The notes under the pieces: generated by a model | Databases searched by the model: none | Told to the model about the DNA's origin: nothing | The model's input: the letters and a program-made list of their open reading frames with translations, nothing else | DNA from: Psammoneis japonica | Taxonomy: Eukaryota | DNA: 64,000 bases | Assembly (NCBI GenBank): GCA_008632985.1 | Contig: QPGO01000081.1 | Location: forward strand, 186,001 to 250,000 | Direction: 5' to 3' | Program-made: the position numbers and the translations under genes | Part shown: positions 59,211 through 64,000 of the stretch, one piece after another | How the letters are laid out: every line of letters begins with the position of its first letter | Position numbering within the stretch: position 1 is the stretch's first letter

Positions 59211-62200
59211 AAAGCACTGACGCTGCTGAATTAAAAAGAGGAGATGTCACATTCAGAGGCAACCACCCACTTCATTCAGTTGCAAATTGTGAAGCTTTTC
59301 TCAGCAAACAGAGGCACACAGTTTGGAAGCCCCATCAAGAAAAGCTCTGTGAGCATTCAGTCACACTGTGGAGTGCCACTCTCAGTGCAAGTCCCACTCA
59401 TCTGCTTGGGGTGGAAGAACTCTGTCTTGGCCCCATGTGGGTTGAAATTGCACACATCAAAGAGACTGCTCTAATGCATGCCTGCTCCAAATGCATGATT
59501 TGCATGTCTGCAATGGCAACGTCCTCCAACAACATGTGCATTGCTGCCACCTCCATGAAGCGTGGTGGTGGAGTGTCCAAGGTTGATGTCTGCAAGTTTG
59601 GTTCTTGTGGTCAGAACAAAAACAGTTTGTCACTTGTCGACACTGTGTCCCAGCATCTCACAAGAAGCAACTTCTTGTCATCTTCTGCAAGCAGTGCTGA
59701 CAGTTTGCAAAACAATGCACCACCAGCATTTGACTCACTGGCAGCTGCAGTGGCTCCGCTGTTCACTGACACACACTGGTCCGATGATCATGAGTCTGAG
59801 GATGAGTTCAATCCTTGCACATTGGAAGTCCGTGTGATTGCACTGATGTCAACAGAGAGCATGGTTGTGAGGCTCTTAAATTTTGTTGCCCAATGGCTGG
59901 GCAGTTTGCCACCAGAAAACCCTCCTGTGTTAAGAGCAAGAGCTTGAGCAGAATTTTTTGGGATTGTTGGGCCAAGGGCCTGGGTCATTTTGCAACAAAT
60001 CCACTCACTGTGCAAGTGCTGCACTCAGTTCATCCTGTGTGGCATGAGAAGAGTGTGGATCTCTGGAAAATGTCAAGTGTGAAGATGATTGTCAAAAAAG
60101 GTTGCATGTTGCACAAGCATCATTGTGCAAAATGGCAAAGCAAACAAAACCAGTGAGAACATGGGCAAACACAAGTGGCTTTAACTGAAATGCAGGCAGA
60201 CTTCACACTGGAAATGGTTGTTCCTTTTCATCATTGAAAAATGCCCTGGCTTGTCAATTTTGTTGCCTGTGATGCAGGAAAGCAGGGTTTTGACTGCCAT
60301 GCTTTAAGAAGCCAAGATGATGACTGCCTGGGGTTGCTCACTTGGGTGCAGTCAATGCACCAATTGGCTTGCCATGCATCATCCCATTTGGACCAACCAA
60401 GCACAACATTGTGGCATTTTGTCTCAGTGTGTCTTTTGCTGTGGACATTGTTGTGTTGTGAAGCAAAAAATGCAGAGTGCAGCAGCTGTGCAATTGAGTG
60501 CGGCTGCCAGCCATGGAGGTGATTGAATCCTCCACGATCATTGATCTTGCTGCTGCTCTGTGGATTGATGAGTGCAGTGTCAGTTGCAACTGCAGTGCTG
60601 GCACTCATTCAAAAATTGTTGACTGGGGTGTTTGGCAAGTTGTGGCCATGGCAGCACAACAAATTCTTTGTTCAAATGGCGCCAATTTCAAGTGTGGTCA
60701 GTTGGCAGAGTCACAACAACACAGCCAAGCAGCAGCCAAAAATGGGCAAAGCCATCCCAAAAAATTGTGGAAACTTGTGCATGCATCACCAAGACCCGCC
60801 TGATGGGGCATCGGCTCCAGGACTTTGTTGAGTGGCACAAGTGTGGCTTGACAAGTGCAACTCAACAGATGGGTGCTGCAAAACTCAAACATGCTGTGCA
60901 CTGATGAGCCATTGCAACATGTGTGGCACTTCATCAACAAAAAAGATGCAATGTGCACACTCAGATTCTTGGGACCAGAGAGGTGTGGAGCCAAAGCATG
61001 TTCCCACATCAAGAAAAACACAAAAAAAGAAGTTGATGTGATTCACAACAAAAGCAGGTGCTCAATGGACTCACAAATTGCCACCATGAGTCAATTTGGT
61101 CTCTCTTTTTCAGCAATTTCATGGTTGCATCACCCAAGTGTTGCAGGCAGCAACTGGAAGATGCATCTGTGCAAAGGGCAGGAAAATGGCCACCCATGCA
61201 GAATCTTCTCAAGGTGTTCACTCAAACTGCCCAAATTGAGCACACAATTTTCATCAATGCTTGCCAGCGTGGCCCGAAAGACACTTGTTCCTGTCATCAT
61301 CCCATTGGAAACCAATCATGACTTAGAACTTTGGCCCATGTGAGCTCAAAAGCATCCACTGCAGAGTGCACAATGGACATTGACAATGATGTCAAATGCT
61401 CACCACACTGCAAAGTCACCTGGTCTGGGAGTTTCCAAGTGCTGCAGTCATTGACAAAGCCACCAAACAAAAGCTGCGGCCTGATCAAATTCTAAATTTC
61501 AAAAAAAATGTCCCTTCTCAAGCCATTTTCATGTTTTCCCCCCTCCCAAGTTGCTCTGGAAACCAGCTGACACCAGATTGCATGTCAGGAGTTTTCAGTG
61601 CATCCACAGAATTTTCAGACACTTTGTTGCAGAAAGACGAGTGCTGTGTGAGTGACAAACGAAACAGCCTGTCCCCACCTTCTGGGGTTGCCACCAAATT
61701 GCTCTGGAGTCATTCATGTCTGCTTGTTGCCCATCATCATTTTGCTCAGACAAATGACAAGAATCTCTTCACCAGCAAAAACACAGCAACTGACAACCCT
61801 GATGCAATCTTTCGGAAAGCAAAGATGGCAACGAAATTGCTCAAAATCTGGATTTTTGTGTGCCATGCCCATTCACAGCAACTGGTCTTGGACAAAGATT
61901 TCACTGCATGGTTTCTTGCCAAGGCCATTCCAGGGGGTGGTTGGTTCTTGCATGCCCAGCTTGTCACACAGTTGCTCCATCCTGCGGGGGTGCTGGATTG
62001 CCGTTGGCCACAAAAGTGGAGCTGAGGTGCTCGAAACAGCACAAAAGCAAGAACTTGGCATCAATGTCATCATTGTTTGAAATGACATCATCACAAGCTG
62101 AGAAAACCAAAGCAGTGTCACTTGTGACTTGGATGGTCAACTCCTGCAATGTCTCAAAAGTTCAGAAGGCAAAAGACATCTTAGAAGCAGAGAGTGACAA

Positions 62201-62592
62201 AAACATCACATTGCCAGATTGAGACAATGCCGCCATCATGGTGCCCACTTTGCATGCTGCCACATCATGTTGCAACAGTGGCGATCAGCACCTTCTTGGC
62301 ATCAATGCCAGAACACCTTTGTCCAGATGGGCACCACACAAAGGCGCTGACAACTTTGCAGTGCTTGTTTGCCGGAGGAGCCACACGTTGACCCACGCAG
62401 TTTTTGTGTGGCCTTCTGGGCACTGGGCTGAAATTGTTGATGTGCAACACACCTTAAATCATGTTGTGACAAAGGCACGGCTCTGTGGGACTCAACTGGA
62501 CTTAGAGATGTTTTGACATCAACCAAAAAGCAAGCACGAATCCACAAGAAAGAAATCTTCCTTCGCTTGGGGCAGCGATCAGAAAGTCAATA

Positions 62593-63095
62593 AGCCATGT
62601 GCACTGGTGCAAAAATCACGTAGAAATTTTACGTAGAAAAAATTATAAAAATTAGGGTTTGGGCCGATTTTTTTCTCGTGCTTCTACCGTGCCTCTCTGC
62701 TCCACCGACGCCTCAAGGAATCGTTTTCCCCTGAAACCATTGACACTTTACATGATGACTATTACATAAGTAACACGATTCTGTGCGTGAACACTTCAAA
62801 ATTCCATTTTCAGAAATTCGATCAACACTTCACCACGGTACCACCACGGTAAACATTTTCCAATGATGGAATTTTGTCGAACGGTGGACATCGTCGTGTT
62901 TGTCATCAAAAAGTAAGTACGCAAAGTGTCAACCGTTATGACTGAAATCGATTCCTTGAGGTCGTGGCCTATTTTTCGCAAAGCACGGGAAAAGCACGAC
63001 GAACAAGATGTTCTACACGAATTTTCTACGTGAGTTTTGTACCAGAAATCGGCCCAAACCCTGTTTTTCGGGACTCATAACCCCTGCACATGGCT
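62593..63095. mobile_element. MITE-like element, ~500 bp, not TA/CG-depleted
   Basis: TIR AGCCATGTGCA (62593-62603) / TGCACATGGCT (63085-63095) flanked by TA on both sides; additional subterminal inverted motifs. Confidence 0.65.
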
Positions 63096-63321
63096 TATCA
63101 CACACAGCTTGCAAGCCTCCGAACAGAAACGGAATCTTTGTGCGCGCCGAGCGCAGAACCGCGCTGTTGTTTGTTGGCTGTTGGCTCATTGCTCATTGCT
63201 TTTTAGTGTTTAGTGTTGCGCTGCGTTGTTGGGGTTGGTGAGCGTCTCTATCATCTCTCTACTCTAGCGAGCTGTTCTGGCGAGGCTGATTAGCTCTCTT
63301 TATACCTTTTATCCTTCCAAA

Positions 63322-64000
63322 ATGCTTGCAAATAGCAAGTATTATTTCATATGCCTATGGGTTCTCTCCGTATTGGCTTTGCAAACTTGCGCTTCAGCAC
63401 AAGCCACAACAACAACGTCTGCATCCAACAAGGCAACGTCGTCGTCATGTCCCGCTGAAATTGCCACAGACATTGAAAAGGCCGACGAGTTGTGGCGAAA
63501 GGCCGAATCTCAAGATCCCAGCAATCATTTGCCCGTTTACAACTTCCTAAAAGAACTGGACACCCAGCAACCCGACAGTGTTTTCATCAAGTGGCGCTTG
63601 GCTCGAGCCTGTAAGGACATGTCGGAAAGTGCAAATCTTGACAAGGCAACTCGCAAAAAGTATGCCTACGAAGGAAAAGAAGTAGCCATGCGTGCTGTGG
63701 AACTCGACTCGAAGAATGAAATTTGGGAGGCACACATGTTTCTCGGTGCGTTACTGGGAGTGTGCAGCCGATTTGAAATCCTCAACAAGCTCGGGTCGGC
63801 ACGCGAAATGAAGGATTGCTTTCAAAAGGCATGCGACATTGCAGGCGACTCGTCTCCCGAGCCCTACCATGCTCTTGGTGCAGCCGAGTATGGCTTTGCC
63901 GATGCGGGACGGGCGGCGTCCGTCATGGGACTCAAGGGTACCTATCAAGGCGCGTACGAGTTGTTTACCAAGGCCGAGTCTCTCTGTCCCCACAAGTGCT
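63322..64000 (+). CDS. RMDN/RMD-1-like TPR protein with signal peptide, runs off the window (absent from the ORF track)
   Basis: MLANSKYYFICLWVLSVLALQTCASA..IEKADELW..IKWRLARACKD..KKYAYEG..AMRAVELD..AHMFLGALLG..MKDCFQKA..GTYQGAYELFTKAE. Confidence 0.78.
   Translation, partial: MLANSKYYFICLWVLSVLALQTCASAQATTTTSASNKATSSSCPAEIATDIEKADELWRKAESQDPSNHLPVYNFLKELDTQQPDSVFIKWRLARACKDMSESANLDKATRKKYAYEGKEVAMRAVELDSKNEIWEAHMFLGALLGVCSRFEILNKLGSAREMKDCFQKACDIAGDSSPEPYHALGAAEYGFADAGRAASVMGLKGTYQGAYELFTKAESLCPHKC

Larger units (their letters stand above)
44250..62560. other. TpA(/CpG)-depleted block 5, a nested cluster of elements and dead ORFs
   Basis: TA nearly absent throughout; CG rare in the flanks but retained inside the LINE at 46373-54367. 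Confidence 0.9.

Noticed and set aside
8470..62560. Hundreds of 60-330 aa ORFs in the depleted blocks as real genes or an alternative genetic code
   Set aside because: They overlap in all frames, lack Tyr and follow from loss of TAA/TAG. Neighbouring real genes use TAA, TAG, TGA and Tyr normally.

Overview
Eukaryotic nuclear DNA, most likely a pennate diatom (frustulin-like gene, RXL-motif secreted protein, short GT-AG introns, diatom-type Ty3/gypsy and RNase H-bearing LINE relics). Ordinary gene islands encode an importin-beta-like protein, a KIX-domain protein, selenoprotein O (UGA-Sec plus SECIS, missed by the ORF track), a frustulin-like protein, PIG-F, an LRR protein, a berberine-bridge-like oxidase, a mucin-like protein, two PPC-like secreted proteins and an RMDN-like protein. 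These alternate with five sharply bounded blocks (about 8.5-16.1, 21.6-24.2, 27.0-31.0, 33.7-37.1 and 44.3-62.6 kb) of transposons and dead duplicates in which TpA, and usually CpG, are almost erased in favour of TpG/CpA. CpG decay is expected from methylation; systematic TpA->TpG/CpA conversion is not. A dead copy of a live gene has lost 10/10 CpG and 6/6 TpA. A younger LINE has lost TpA but kept CpG, and surviving TpA sit mostly in YTAR context. This suggests a domain-targeted A->G hypermutation process, opposite in direction to fungal RIP. All counts are manual, and family assignments come from motif recognition, not database searches.
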